From: Geosiphon pyriformis uo1 | Lineage: Eukaryota > Fungi > Glomeromycota | DNA: 64,000 bases | Assembly (NCBI GenBank): GCA_016748015.1 | Contig: JAAOMT010000112.1 | Span: 1,561-65,560, forward strand | Direction of reading: 5' to 3' | Shown: in pieces, positions 51,137 through 64,000 of the stretch | Layout of the letters: every line of letters starts with the position of its first letter | Position numbering within the stretch: the first letter of the stretch is position 1 | Notes under the pieces: model-generated | Seen by the model: the letters and a program-made list of their open reading frames with translations, nothing else | Database searches by the model: none | Told to the model about the DNA's origin: nothing | Program-made: the position numbers and the translations under genes

Positions 51137-53011
51137 ATGAATTTAAAGGCTGCTTCTAGCAGTGATATGTCTAAAAAAAAAGCATCTAAGGGCACTCTCT
51201 ATGGTTCTGCTGATGGTTTTTTCTCCCAAAAGAAAAAGATAGTTCTTGGTAATGTTAAACATTCAGGTAATGAAAGAGATATTTCTCTAGTCAAACTTGG
51301 TTCTAGTGGCATGTACTCAGACATGGATAGTGAGTCTAGTTGTGGTAAAGACAATATGATTTTGGAGGGTGTCAATAATGGGTCTCTCTTAGACTTGGCA
51401 GCTACTACTTCTAAAGCAAAAAGAGTGGATTCCAACATGGTCTTTGGGTCCCTTCTTGGCTCCCCCAATTATGATATGAATAAAAAAGTGGAACTTCTCC
51501 TACTTCCTCTTGATATATCTTTGGAAAAGAAATGGATAAATCCTAAAATTGTGAAAACTTCTGTGGAAGTTTCTGTTAGGAAGTTTTTTGCTTTGGATAT
51601 CAATTTTTTAGCAGTGGAGGACAAATTTGCTACAGCAAAGACCCAGTTTATCAGGAAAATTTTTTCAACAGTCAATGATTTTGGGGAGGCCACCACTCCC
51701 TTAAAATTTGAAAAGATCATCTGATCAATATTTACTTCTGAGAAAAGCTTGATTAAGACTATATTATTGGCCAGAAAGAAGGGGATTATCATAAACAGTG
51801 ATCTCAAGAAACAAGGAATTTGTTCAGATTGGGCCATAGTAATCAAAGAAATTCTTATGGATATGTCAAAGAAAATAATTATTACCACAGTATTTGAGTT
51901 TGGTAATATTAAGTCAATTAAAATTCAGCTGATTGGAATGTGGCAGAAGGCTGTGGTAGAATTCACTGAATTGGAACAGGCAAAACAACTGGCATCAAGA
52001 TGGTCATTTTTCATTGGAAAAGATTCAGTACATGTGACTATGACTGTGGGAGATTGTGATACTTGGATGTCTAGAGATCACTTCAGGGCATTTTTGTTTA
52101 CTTTGCCAGTGGGAACAACAGTTCATGATCTTAGTACTCTTTTAGAAGAAGCTGATGAGAAAACTTGTGTAATCAATCATTCTTTAGAGACTGGAAACCA
52201 GATCCATTGTGCCATTGTTGGTTTTGAGTCTGAAAATAAGCTTGATTTTGCATTTTACACAGAACCAATTTTTGGTGGCATAAAACTTTCTTGGGCTAGG
52301 TTGGACTTGGTTCAGTGTGAGAAGTGTGGGAGGTTTGGACACTCAGCTTTAGAATGTAATGCTTCTGACACTTTGGTGTCTGCTCTATCTAAAAAGTCCT
52401 ATAAAAGAACTGCTTCTGACAAGAATCATGTTTGGTTGGCTAGGTTGTATGCCAAAAAAAATGTTTTTATTTCTTGCCCCACTGCTTTTGGTGGCAAATC
52501 TTGGGCTCAAATAGTTTCTTCTGCCTTTTCTTCTGGTGGTCTTTTATTCGAGTCTGGTTTTGGTTCTGGTTCTTTTTCTTCTGGTGCCTCAAGTATGGGT
52601 GGTGGTTTTCCTCTTGCTCTAACCAACAATTCATTTTTAAATGCTTGTTTGTTGTCTTTGGAATGCTCCTTAGAGCTCTTGAGTGATCAGATGTCTGGTA
52701 TTTTGCACAAACTCAACAGCATAGAATTGGTGTCTTTAGTTTTTCCATCTTCTTCTAACAGTCTAGTTACATTGATAAATGTTAAATTGGATTCAAATTC
52801 AGATATAGTCTTGGAAAGTTTTGTAGTGGTGCCTGCGCCTCTCTCTGTTGTTTCAGTTCTAAGACCCAGCAGCTCAAAGATTTTGATGACTAAGGTGGGC
52901 TGTTTGGAGTCCAAGTTGGTGGCTTTTGAGGCCTCTATTGGTTCAGTTTTGGTGAAGTTAGATCAGTTGTGTGCTAGCTTGGGTTTTTAAGTATCTTCTG
53001 CTTTTTAATAA
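51137..53011 (+). pseudogene. LINE F ORF1
   Basis: Fragments 51137-51724 and 51749-52990; CEKCGRFGHSALEC knuckle. Confidence 0.88.
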
Positions 53012-56000
53012 GTGACTTGATTTGGAAATTTACTATGTGCAATGTTAAAAGCCTTAATGTTCTAGCAAAGCAGGATAATATTATATGGTGGCACATAAGT
53101 TTGGGTAACATGGTTTCCTTTATTACTGAAACTAAATTAAGGTCTAGCATAAGACCATAGATTATAAAAAAATTTGATGGTATGCGGATATTCACTTTTG
53201 AGCTAGAGAAGAGTTTTCTAGGAGCTGGTGTGACAGTTATTATGAATAAATGTCTGGCTTGGCACATTTTTAAGGTGGAAGAGATTTCTAGGTGAGTCAT
53301 TTTGATTAGACTTTTTTTTAAGAACAAGATCTCAATATTCATTGTGAGCTTGTATGCTAGTACCTCTACTGAATCAAAATTTAGTCAAGCTTCAGTTGTC
53401 AATTCTCTCATTGCCAAAGCAGTCAATTCTAGCATGTTTGTGGTTTTGAATGGGAATTTCAATAAAAACAGGAAAGGGAAGAGTGTGAATGTCAAGTTTT
53501 GTTCTGATTTGGGTCTGGTAAATTCATTTGTTGGCCATATACTGATCAAAGCTTCTACATGATCCAACTCACAAGAGATTAAAAGAACTATTGACTTTAT
53601 CTTTATTAGTTGCAATTTATCTTCCACTGTTGTTGGCCACAAGATCAGCTCTGTTGTGGAATTTTTTAACACTGATTATTGGGCAGTTTTGGTCTTGATT
53701 GGGTTGGGAGGTCTTGTGGATTCTGATTTAAATAGTTTATATAAGCAAGCCAATAGAAACAAGTGGAAGTTTAGGATTAAGGATGCTGATGCTGGTAAAG
53801 GGCTACATTTCAGAGAGTACTTGTTTGATAGGTTTGCTATAGTTTTGCCTAAATTCAACCTGGCAAAGGACCTTGGGAATTTGGATACAATGTGAAATAT
53901 TTTAAGAAAGGCTGTGTTGATGTCAGCTGATAAAATTTTCTTCAAATATTGGTTCAGTGACTTTGAGTGTATGAAGAACAAATATTCTTCCAAGTTTTTT
54001 AGGTTAGAACTTCTGGTGGCAAAGATTGTGAAGAGTCTGAGTTTGGGTTGCACTGTAAACTTTGCTCACTTTTTACACACTTGGTCTGGTCTTGATGAAA
54101 CAGAAGCTTCCGAGTTCGAAACCCTGATTAATAACAATGTTGGGACCGAAGTAGCTCTTCAGCACTTGACAGGTATAAGAAAAAGATACTGCAAATCCAA
54201 GTATTATGAATTCAGAATAGCAAGAGACAACTTCATTAGAAAAACAATTGACAAACATATAGAGAACCTTAACTCTGATAAAAGATGCATGATTCGGAGT
54301 GTATTAGACTGGCCAGTTCGAAAAGTAGTGTTTAATTATCTGATAATAAATGATAATTTGATCCTGGATCCTCGTGACATTAAGTCAAACATTGATATGA
54401 TTATAGAAGAATGGATGAGAAAATGTATGGTGCCCGAAGTTCTATCAGACCACTGGTTGATTCAATATGCTCCCTTAGCTTATATTGACTCTAGTGTCTT
54501 TACAGGTGTTATGAGTGATTTCAGTTTAGATAAGTTGCTGGTAGTGGTCAATGATCTACTGAATGGCAAAACAACTGAACTTTCTGGTATAACCAATAAA
54601 CTGTGAAAACATTGCAATAAGAGAGTTTTGAGTGGTTTATTAGAAATTTGCAACATGTGTCTAACTTTGATGATGGTTCCTACACTATGGAAGAAAGCCT
54701 GGGTTTCCATGATACCCAAACCATATGAATGGGAAGGTACTTAACTAACACAAGACCTATTGCTCTAATCAAGACTGCTTACAAAGTGCTATCTAAGCTG
54801 CTCTCAGATAGGATTTCTTTAGCATATAGCAAGTTTGATGTTTTTCAAGGTGACAACTTCTCAGTTTTGAGAGGCATGTCTACTCTTTCTCCGATTTTTG
54901 CTGTTGGCTTAGTGGTTGAAGATGCTCTGGAAAAGGGCAGAGAAGTGTGGTTAGTGCTGCAAGACATGTGAAAAACATATGACTCTGTTAAATGGCATTA
55001 CTTAAAAAATAGTCTGAACAGGATCAAAATGTGTCCTTGTTTTGTTAAGTTTTTTGAAAATATTTACAATGGTCAGGTAAACCATGTTATGACAGATTTT
55101 GGGTTGATGTCAGGGTACACAATTCATGATAGACTTGATCAGAAAGAAGTTTTTTCTCTGTTATTGTGGAAGATCTTTTATGATTCTTTGCTTTGTAAGG
55201 TCAAAAAATTTGGATATGCATATGACTATAAGATAGAATTCAGGTTCTTTACATGCACTGGCAAACCAGATTTTGGGTCTAACAAGATGTCTTTTATGGC
55301 TGTTGAAGCCTTTGTGGACAATACAATTTGGATTGGAAACAGTTTGACTGCTACTCAGAGTATTTTAAATATTGCTAGTGAGTTTTTTTGTGTCAATAAC
55401 ATTTCGATCAATGCAGATAAGACAGTGGCTATACCAATCAACAAAAAGATTGTCAATTCTTGGCTGGTAATCAGTGAGTCAAGCATTACAATAGCAAAAA
55501 AATGTGAAACTCATAGATACTTAGACATTTTTTTGTCAACTGAAGGACTTTTTCACCCTAGTATTGCTAAGGCACATTTGAACTTGAAGTTTTTTATGAA
55601 CTTGGTTTTGAGAAAAGTGGTTTCTGATAAACAATTTCTTTATTTGGTTTCTGCTGTTTTACAGTCTATCATTAGTTATAGACTCCAATTTAGTCATGTT
55701 CCTATTAGTGTGTATGAAAAATGGGACAAGTTGTTGAGAAAAGGTCTGAAACTCAAGACTAACCTGCCTAAATATTTCCCCACAGAGGCTTTTTATCACC
55801 CAGATTTATATAACATGGTGTCCTTCAGACAGCTCCTAGCCGAAAATTTACTGGCCAATTTTGTGTCCTTTGTCAATTTTGTGGATGTACTTGGTGACTT
55901 GTTCAAACACCATGCAATGGATCTGCAGGCCATTAGTTGGCTGCCCTAAAACCCTTTCAATTTTCCGATGACACTCCCAGGCAATCCTGTGAACTGTTTT

Positions 56001-57695
56001 TTAACTGGCGTAATGAACACACTTTCATTATGTGGCCTGTTCTTAGGAAGTAGTGCGACTAACATATTTTGTGTGAGCAGTGGAGTTGCTGCTGCTGATG
56101 TCTTTGGACTGGATGTTTACATGAAGGTGGTAGGTTTGTTAAGAAGATTTGGGATAATCTATGTGAACCAGCTGTTGGACCGTCGAGGCAGATATTTTAT
56201 ATGGAATACATTTTGTAGATAGAAAAGATTGAATCCTAGGGGACCAACTCCTGGTTGGTTCATCTCTCTTGTAAAATTTATTGAGTCTGGTGGTCTGGTT
56301 GGTAGTAGTGACTCATCATATTTTCCCTCTTCCAAATTTTTCTCATACAACACTAGTTATATTAGAGATTGTCTAAAACAAGTGAGTTCTGATGTTATAT
56401 CTATTTATACCAATAGTTTGGTTAAAGATTTTGGTTCCTCTGGTGCTAGTGATGGCACTGCTGCTTATTTTCCTAGTGCTGACATTAGTGTTGATGTTAG
56501 AGTTCTCAGTTTACTGTCTTTAACACTTGTAGAAATGCAGACAATCACTCTGGCCTTGGATTGTGTCCCTAGTCATAGCTTAGTAGTGTTGTTTACTGAT
56601 AGTCAGGCTTTATTGGACTTATGTGTAACAACCTTAGAAAGCACTAGACCAGATTTCAGAAAAAAATGCTGAATGAAGTGTGAGTTTATTTGTGAAACTA
56701 TTTTGTCAAAAAATCTTTTAGTTATATGGAATAAGATAAAAGACCATGTTGGTGTTGTTGGCAATAAGCGTGCTAACTTTTTTGCCAGTGCTGCTACTAG
56801 TTCTAGTTTCATTCTTTCTGTCAAAATGTCACATCATTTTTTTAGCATAAAAGGCAGACTTTTTTCTGGCAACGCTTGTCATATGGCCAGGAGACTTTAT
56901 GAAGCTGTCAATTTTATTAGGTGGAAATTCAAGTACACAAGTGACATGGTTGATGAATCTCTTAGCAGCCTGATAAACAAGTATTATACTTTCAACGTAT
57001 GGCACACAGATGGTTGGATTAGGTCTGGTTACATGAATTCTACTTTTGCAATGCTCCATTTGTATTTTATAAAGGCTTTGTATTATCAGTTGCTTGTGGC
57101 CAAAAGAAAAAGATTATATAATCTGGATTATTCTAGTGTATTGTGCATTCATTGTAGACTTTTAGAAGATTCAGATCACATATTTGTTTGTGTTTCCAAT
57201 GTCAACACTTATAATGACTTAATATTAAAAGCCATCACAGATTGGACAATTTTGTTGGGTGTGCATACCACCTGTAGTGTAGTGGTTTGCTCACTTTGTG
57301 AGGCTGTGGACTTGGATTATCTGTATATGTCTTTGTCCAAAGATTTCATGTTTAAGGACTGGGTGGCTGAAACAAAGTGGTTTTTGGGGATTGAGTCAAA
57401 TAATGGATCTTTGGTGGTTGATCTGATTTGTCATTTTGCTGAGAATCACAGATCTAGTATATGGCTGCCAAGGACCAAACTAAAAGCCCATTATAAAAAG
57501 CATGGTCTTTTGCCATACAATAGATCTATTGTCCCGTTAGTCATTGGTTTGTCTTTGGTTTGGTTCTGTGGCATGATTCATATCTTTGGGATTAAGTTAG
57601 GTATATATACATGTTTCAGTTTCCATCCTCATTTAAATAGTATGCAGTTTGGTTTTCTATGTGATTTCCTTGTGGCTGGTGTTCTTAATGTGTAG
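53008..57695 (+). pseudogene. LINE F ORF2: APE-RT-RNase H-Zn finger (start mutated ATG>ATA)
   Basis: Collinear fragments 53302-57695; AFVDN (mutated DD); RNase H and CIHC..DHIFVC. Confidence 0.88.
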
Positions 57696-60073
57696 TGTTA
57701 CCTTGACTGACTCGAGTAGCTGGTCATGTATAGAAAATGCATGAGCCACACTTAATATAAGATCTGTTAGTTTTTATGTAATTAGGTAGTGGTTGGGCTG
57801 CACTCATTAAACCTAATAAAAAAAAAAAAAAACTTAGATATAACAATTATTAAAATTCGTATTTTAAAAAAATATTATATTTAGTTTAAATTATTTAGTT
57901 ATAAATTATAAAATAATTTATTTATTTTTTAAATTTTTATTTAAGTTTATTAATAATCTTAAAATTTTTAATTTTTAGTTTATTAATACTATATTAAGAT
58001 TTTTATCTTATTGGTTTTTTTTGTTGTTATATTTTTGCTATTTTTGTTATTATTATTATTAATTTTATATTAATTTTAGGTTAAATTTTTTGAAATCTTA
58101 AATTTTTAATTTAATTGTTTTTTGGTAAAAAAGTCTTAAAATAAAAATTAATTTGTTTATAATAAATAGTATTATTAAAAATTTTGTTGTAAGTTTAACT
58201 AGTTTATTTAAAAACTTAATTATTTTTAAAATTAAATATATTTTAATTAAATAGATATTATTAAGATAAATATTATTTTATTTTTTTTAAATAATTTAAT
58301 TCTTAAATATTTGATATTATTATAATAAATAAATAATTTTAATATTAAAAATAAAAAAGAACTAAAAAGTTTTCATTATGATAAGAATAAAAAGGCTAGA
58401 TTGTTTTAATAAACTTAATAAGTTAAATTTATTTTTAGTTCTTATTAATTCAATAAAATTTAATTTTAATTTGACTTATATATTTAATTATATATAGAAA
58501 ATACATAAATTATATATAATTTAATATATTTAGCTTGTTATATAATAATTAAGTTTTATAATTAAAAAATAAAATAAAATAAATTTTTATTATTTAAATT
58601 ATTTTAAATTTTAAAAAATAATTATATTAAAATCTAAAATATTTTAAATAGATTTTAATAATATAAATAAAACAAAATTAAAATTTTTTTTAAATAATAT
58701 TATAATAAACCAGTTTTTTGTTAATATTAAACTTTGATTTTTTATTTTATAATATTAATATTAATTATAATACTTAATTTTATTATAATTATAAACAGTA
58801 ATTAATTGTTTATTTTAAACAATAACAAAAAAAAATATTAATATATTATAAATTAAATTAGTTTTTAATTAATATTTATTGATTTTAAAAATAAATTAAA
58901 TTATGTTTTTGTATATTATTTTGTTTAATTAAGTTATCTAATCTTAAAAATTAATTTAATTAAATAATTAATTAAACTTGTTTTATTTTATATTATTAAA
59001 TTTAAATAATATTTAAAAATATATAATTATTATTTTTTAATTAAAAACTGATTTAGAAACAGTTATTATTATTTAAATTAATATATTAAAAAAGTATTGT
59101 ATTTAATAAAAAAAAATTTATTTTAAGTATTAAAATTTAAATTATATGGTTTCTAATTATAAAATATTTTTATAATATTTTTTAAGTCTTTTATTAATTT
59201 TAAGATTTTTAAATCTTGTTTTATTAAACCAAATTTTTATGTTAAAATTGTTTTTTTTTTTGGTAGTTGTTTATTATATTAATAATTAAATTAAATTATA
59301 TTTTATTAAAATAAAATAAAAATATATTTTTTTTATAATATTTTTTTACTATTTATTTTAGTTTTAAAAAATAATTATGTATTTTTAACATACAATTAAT
59401 TATTTTTATTGGTTCAAAAATAGTTGATAAAAAATTTATTAAAAAATAAAATAAAAAATAAAAAACAGATACAAAATTTTTATATTAAATTATTAATTTT
59501 TTCAATTATATTAATTTTTATTTAATTATATTTTTAAAAATAACTGAATTAATAGATTATTTTTAAATTAAAGAAGAAATTGTAAATATGACAAATAAAC
59601 ATTTTATAAATTATAATTATATGATAAATAAGTATTATATTGATTGCAATCTATTTAAATTTAAATTTTTAGTTTAAACTTTTTATTTTTTTTTATTTTT
59701 AAAGCTTTTTATTTATAACCAAATTTGTATACAATATATAATTTATATGAAAATTTCATTATAGTTTTTGATAACCTCCTTTTAGAATAAAGCAAAAATG
59801 ACATAATTAATTATAAAATTCACTCATTCAGGTCAAAATTATGTAACCATTCATTTGGTTAGGTCAAAATTATGTAATAATTCATTTCCAAAATTGCGAG
59901 TCTTTGTTTCCTTTCATGTAGATTTTACACAAATGAACTCTTTTTCAATTTTATTTTCACGAGCAACTTGAATAAAAGTGACAGGCCATATTTCTTACTC
60001 AAATTCATTGACCTCATGGTAAAATGGATCTTTCTCAATCTTGTACTTCTTATCACAGGACTTAAAAATAATG

Positions 60074-60370
60074 TTCGAACGGCAACAACATTAGCGATTA
60101 TGTAAGTAGATATTCGAATGACAACACTATTGGCGATTATATAAGTAGATATTCGAATGACAACACTATTAGCGATTATATAAGTAGATATTCGAATGAC
60201 AACACTATTAGCGATTATATAAGTAGATATTCGAATGACAACACCATTAGCGATTATGTAAATAGATATTCGAATGACAACAACATTAGCGATTATGTAA
60301 GTAGATATTCGAATGACAACACTATTAGCGATTATGTAAGTAGATATTCGAACGACAACACCATTAGCGA
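60074..60370. repeat. Minisatellite, 39-bp unit x 7.6 (TTCGAATGACAACACTATTAGCGATTATATAAGTAGATA)
   Basis: Units start at 60074, 60113, 60152, 60191, 60230, 60269, 60308, 60347; head-to-tail with no spacers. Confidence 0.97.
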
Positions 60371-60606
60371 AATTGCAGCTTTAAAACAACTAAGGGATAT
60401 TTCGCTTTTTTGAAAGTGGGAAATTAATTTTGAAAAATCTTATAATTTCAATAATCCTTTATCATTTTAACTATAATATTGAGGAAAGAAATAAATTTCT
60501 TGAATGACATTAGTTCTCGTTAATTATGTTATTCGAATCAATTTATCAATGCTGTTCAATGACGTTTTCTTTGGTAATATAGTGAGTGAGTGAGTGAGTG
60601 ATTTAT

Positions 60607-60654
60607 ATTGGTCATGTATTAAGTTATGCCATTAATGATAATAGGTATAAAAAG
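60607..60654 (+). promoter_or_regulatory. Inverted CCAAT box (ATTGG 60607-60611) and TATA box (TATAAAAAG 60646-60654)
   Basis: Both motifs are conserved in the paralogous arm while the intervening DNA diverges; TATA is ~90 nt upstream of the ATG. Confidence 0.7.
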
Positions 60655-60739
60655 GTCATCCTTTAACTCACGAAAAAATATAATTTTAACTGACGAAAAA
60701 AAGAAATTTATAAAAAATTTATAAATCTAAAAATCAATA

Positions 60740-60973
60740 ATGGCTAATAATAACCAATTAAATTCTATTAAGGGACCATATATTCCTTCAGAAACTGAAG
60801 TTTTAATCAAGAAGGCTCCAGAAATGCAGCGAATCGTTCCTCCTAATCGACCCATTGTCCAAGAAAATATCCCTTCGACCTACATCCTTAATGGGCAAAA
60901 TATCAGCTTCAGACAACAAGAATTATTAACTGAGGATAGCTTTCACTATTCCTTCGCTCCTACCAATCCCTAA
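60740..60973 (+). CDS. Unknown 77-aa protein, paralog 1
   Basis: Intact ATG..TAA; same length as and 60/77 identical to 63390-63623; no indels in the CDS although the flanks have them; promoter motifs upstream. Confidence 0.8.
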   Translation: MANNNQLNSIKGPYIPSETEVLIKKAPEMQRIVPPNRPIVQENIPSTYILNGQNISFRQQELLTEDSFHYSFAPTNP

Positions 60974-63389
60974 TCTAGTGGCAGGTCCGTTAGCGATCTA
61001 TCACCCAACGAAATAAATGGTTCCTTTTAACTTAATTTCCCGAGTTACATGTTCTGCCAACCGTTTTGCGAAATTTTTTTATCAAACACTTTTTTATTTC
61101 GATTCTTATTGAATCCATATCTTCTCTGTTCAACTTTAAAAAAAAAAAAAAAAGTTTTTGTTTCGATTCTTATTGATTCCCAACCGTACTTGATATAAGT
61201 TTTGGTACATAATCATCCATCCATATCTTCTTTATTCACCTTTAAAAAAAAATTCTTTGGAAGAAAGTTCTACTGTTGTAGTACTAGTTCCTATCTTTTC
61301 TGCGTTTCGTTCTGTGACGTTTTCGTTATCATATTTTTAATTTCCCAAGACGATCAATTTTTACTGAAAACTCGGATTTCTGTTTACAATTATCTAATCA
61401 AAATCAAGAATATCCTCAAGTTGAAATTTTAATCAACCTAAAAAGTCAATTTTGTCAAATTAAATGTAACCTGTTTATATTTTGCTTATCTAAAACAAAA
61501 AATTTCTAGTTTGCTTTTATGAAATCATTCAAAACGTTAATTTTTATACAGTAATCTACTTTATATATTTAATTTTTATACAGTAATCTACTGTATATAT
61601 TTAATTTATAATAATATAAAATATGTATGATCATGCAATTTTTCTGTTTTAATTTCAATAAGTATATAATTCTATTGAGTTTAATATGACAATAACATTA
61701 TTAACTTAATAATAATCGAAAATTCATATCAACATATATTAATAATTTTTATATTTATAAAATATGCAATTTTTTTATATATGTATAAAAAATAGTTATA
61801 CATATTACATTATATATATAATTATGACTATTAATCTATTAATATTAGCTGTTATTACATTTTTCATAATCACACAATACTATTAAAAGTATTATTATAA
61901 AACGTGACAAACATATATTTTTCAAATGGTTTAGTGTCAAATTTTTGTTGTTTAAAAAAATTCTAATCTAACTGTTTTAAATAGAATAATTAAAAATCAA
62001 AAATTTGAAAAAAAAAAAAAATAGTTTTTATTATTATCATCATAAAAATTATACTGTTTAATTTTATTTTAAATTAATTTAAAAAATTTATTAACAGTTT
62101 AAAAAAGTAAAATAAACACAAAACCTTTTATTTTAAAAGAAAATATAATTTAAAATTATACCAAAAATCTTAAATAATACAATTTCTATCTTAAATTACA
62201 AAATAAATTAAAAAGTTAATAAACTTTATATTGTTTTTTAAATAATTATTAAATAAAATAAATAAATAAATAAATAACAAAAAATTATTTTATATTTTAA
62301 GAATTTTTAAATAAATATAAAATGGTTTAATATAATTTATTTTTAATAAATATCTTGTATAATTATTAAATTAAATTTTGTTTAATACAACAACAAAACT
62401 TTAATATTAAACTAATAGAAAACATTATTCTCTCTTAAATCATTACCAAGTTTCAATCACTTCTAAAAGTAGAAGTTAAAATTTCTACATTTATATTTTT
62501 CTTTTGTATAATGTCATAGCTTTTATTTGTTGTGGATTTTTTTTACGTTTGTTTCATCTGAAAAAATAACACATCACTAATGATATATATTTTTAGTAAT
62601 ATATATATATATATATATATATTGAATCAAGTTACTTTGTTCGTTTAATTGCTTGAATTTCCAAAACAAATGACTTTTTGCTGCTATATAGAATCAAATT
62701 TCTGTATCATAAAGTTAACAATATCATAAAGTGATTTTAATTGTTTTTTTATACCTTTTAGTTTAAATTTATTTTTCCTTTTGTTTTTTTAGGAATATTC
62801 AGTCTTTTAGACTGTAGTAAATTTTTTTATTTTTGTATTTAGCTAGAAACAATCGTATTATTGTGAGGTTGTACTTTATTTTCTTTATAATTTTCTTAAC
62901 ACTCATAATTTTGATTAGAGTTTGTATTTTGCCTTAATTAATGTTGTTTAAAATGCGTACCGAGTATACATGTATATTTTAAATGATAAAATTTTTTTAA
63001 TTGGTTACTTAGTGTATTGTCTGTATTATCATATTATGCTTAATGAAAAATACGTTTGTATAACGCCTTAAAAGGTAAAGAGGCTAATTACGTTATATGG
63101 TACAAAACCCTTGGAAAAAGTTTCACGGTTATTACTTTTATTTTTTTTATTTTATTTTTGAAAAAAAAGATCGTTTTGAGAATTAAAGAATATGAAAACG
63201 AAAGCGTCACAGAATGACACGCAAAACAGTTAAAAAAGAAAAATATAAACTTTTTTTTTAAACGTAAAAAGAGAATATGGAATCAATAAGAATCCGAAAA
63301 GGGTTGACAGAAGATGTAACTCGCGAAAATTAAGTCGGGGAGCCATTTATTTCGTTGGGTGATCGACCGTTAACGGGCCTGTCGTTAGA

Positions 63390-63623
63390 TTAGGGATTTG
63401 TAGGGGTGAAGGAATAGTGAAAGCTATCCTCGGTTAATAATTCTTGTTGTGTGAAGTTGATATTTTTCCCATCAAGAATCCAGGTCGAAGGGAAATTTTC
63501 TTGAACAATTATTCGATTAGGAGGAATGACTCGCTGCACTTCTGGAGCCTTCTTGATTAAAACTTCAGTTTCTGAAGTAACATATGATCCTTTAATAGAA
63601 CTTAATTGGTTATTATCAGTCAT
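63390..63623 (-). CDS. Unknown 77-aa protein, paralog 2
   Basis: Intact ORF with AAAATG context; paralog of 60740-60973. Confidence 0.8.
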   Translation of the reverse strand: MTDNNQLSSIKGSYVTSETEVLIKKAPEVQRVIPPNRIIVQENFPSTWILDGKNINFTQQELLTEDSFHYSFTPTNP

Positions 63624-63735
63624 TTTGATTTTTTAAAATTTCTTTTTTCGTCAGTTAAAATTATATTTTTTTGTTAAAAAATATTTTTTCTTGAGTTAAA
63701 AAGATATTTTTTCTTGAATTAAAGGGATAGGTACC

Positions 63736-63767
63736 CTTTTTATACCTTTAAATGATACATGACCAAT
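63736..63767 (-). promoter_or_regulatory. TATA box (63736-63744) and CCAAT box (63763-63767) of paralog 2
   Basis: Reverse complement of TTTATATTGGTCATGTAT..GGTATAAAAAGG, shared with paralog 1. Confidence 0.7.
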
Positions 63768-63894
63768 ATAAATAATTCACTTACTAAAGATCATTAAAGA
63801 AAACCTCATTAAGCATTTAATAAATTGATTCGAATAACATATCTAACGAAAAACAAAATGAAATAAATCTCATGCAAGAGATCTACTTTTTTGC

Positions 63895-64000
<106 letters not shown>

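Larger units (their letters stand above)
51014..57832 (+). mobile_element. LINE F, full length, decayed
   Basis: 5' motif 51014-51032, ORF1 from 51137, ORF2 53008-57695, 3' UTR, polyA 57818-57832. Confidence 0.93.
60500..61360 (+). repeat. Left arm of an inverted gene duplication
   Basis: Promoter, CDS and 3' blocks align with the reverse complement of ~63165-63880. Confidence 0.88.
63165..63880 (-). repeat. Right arm of the inverted gene duplication
   Basis: See left arm. Confidence 0.88.

Noticed and set aside
2788-57059. Numerous antisense or off-frame ORFs in the track (e.g. 2788-3129, 10675-11043, 13473-13967, 16367-16876, 46356-46802, 51469-51888)
   Set aside because: Shadows of TE coding frames with no independent motifs.
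51014-57832. Target-site duplications of the LINEs
   Set aside because: Flanks are too mutated and A/T-rich to identify any TSD reliably.
60074-60370. CRISPR array
   Set aside because: Units are head-to-tail with no unique spacers, there are no cas genes, and the context is eukaryotic.
60971-61030. Stop-codon readthrough extension (..SPNEING..) of the 77-aa ORFs
   Set aside because: Differences between the paralogs in this stretch are mostly non-synonymous, and the extension lengths differ.

Overview
Eukaryotic, AT-rich DNA. The repeat families resemble those I recall from Glomeromycotina fungi such as Geosiphon; this is an unverified inference. About 1.2-59.7 kb is a nested, decayed retrotransposon island; CpG-retaining host-like DNA lies only at the two ends. 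The island holds: (i) six large copies plus fragments of a LINE family (ORF1: RRM-like domains + CCHC; ORF2: APE endonuclease-RT-RNase H-Zn finger; structured 3' UTR + polyA); (ii) two copies of an ORF1-only 'half-LINE' carrying the same 3' UTR; (iii) one complete 10.2-kb Ty3/Gypsy-type element with an unusual apparent three-ORF layout (gag-PR-Cys-rich insert-dUTPase-RT-RNase H | integrase with its own ATG | unknown ~220-aa ORF3), plus a truncated relative; (iv) solo and decayed LTRs of a second family. All TE frames are broken, mostly by C>T/G>A transitions that are not confined to CpG. The right end has a 39-bp tandem array, an inverted convergent pair of paralogous 77-aa genes with conserved CCAAT/TATA promoters, and an (ATT)n tract. 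Most ORF-track entries are TE fragments or their antisense shadows. All alignments and translations were done by eye, so boundaries in decayed regions are approximate.
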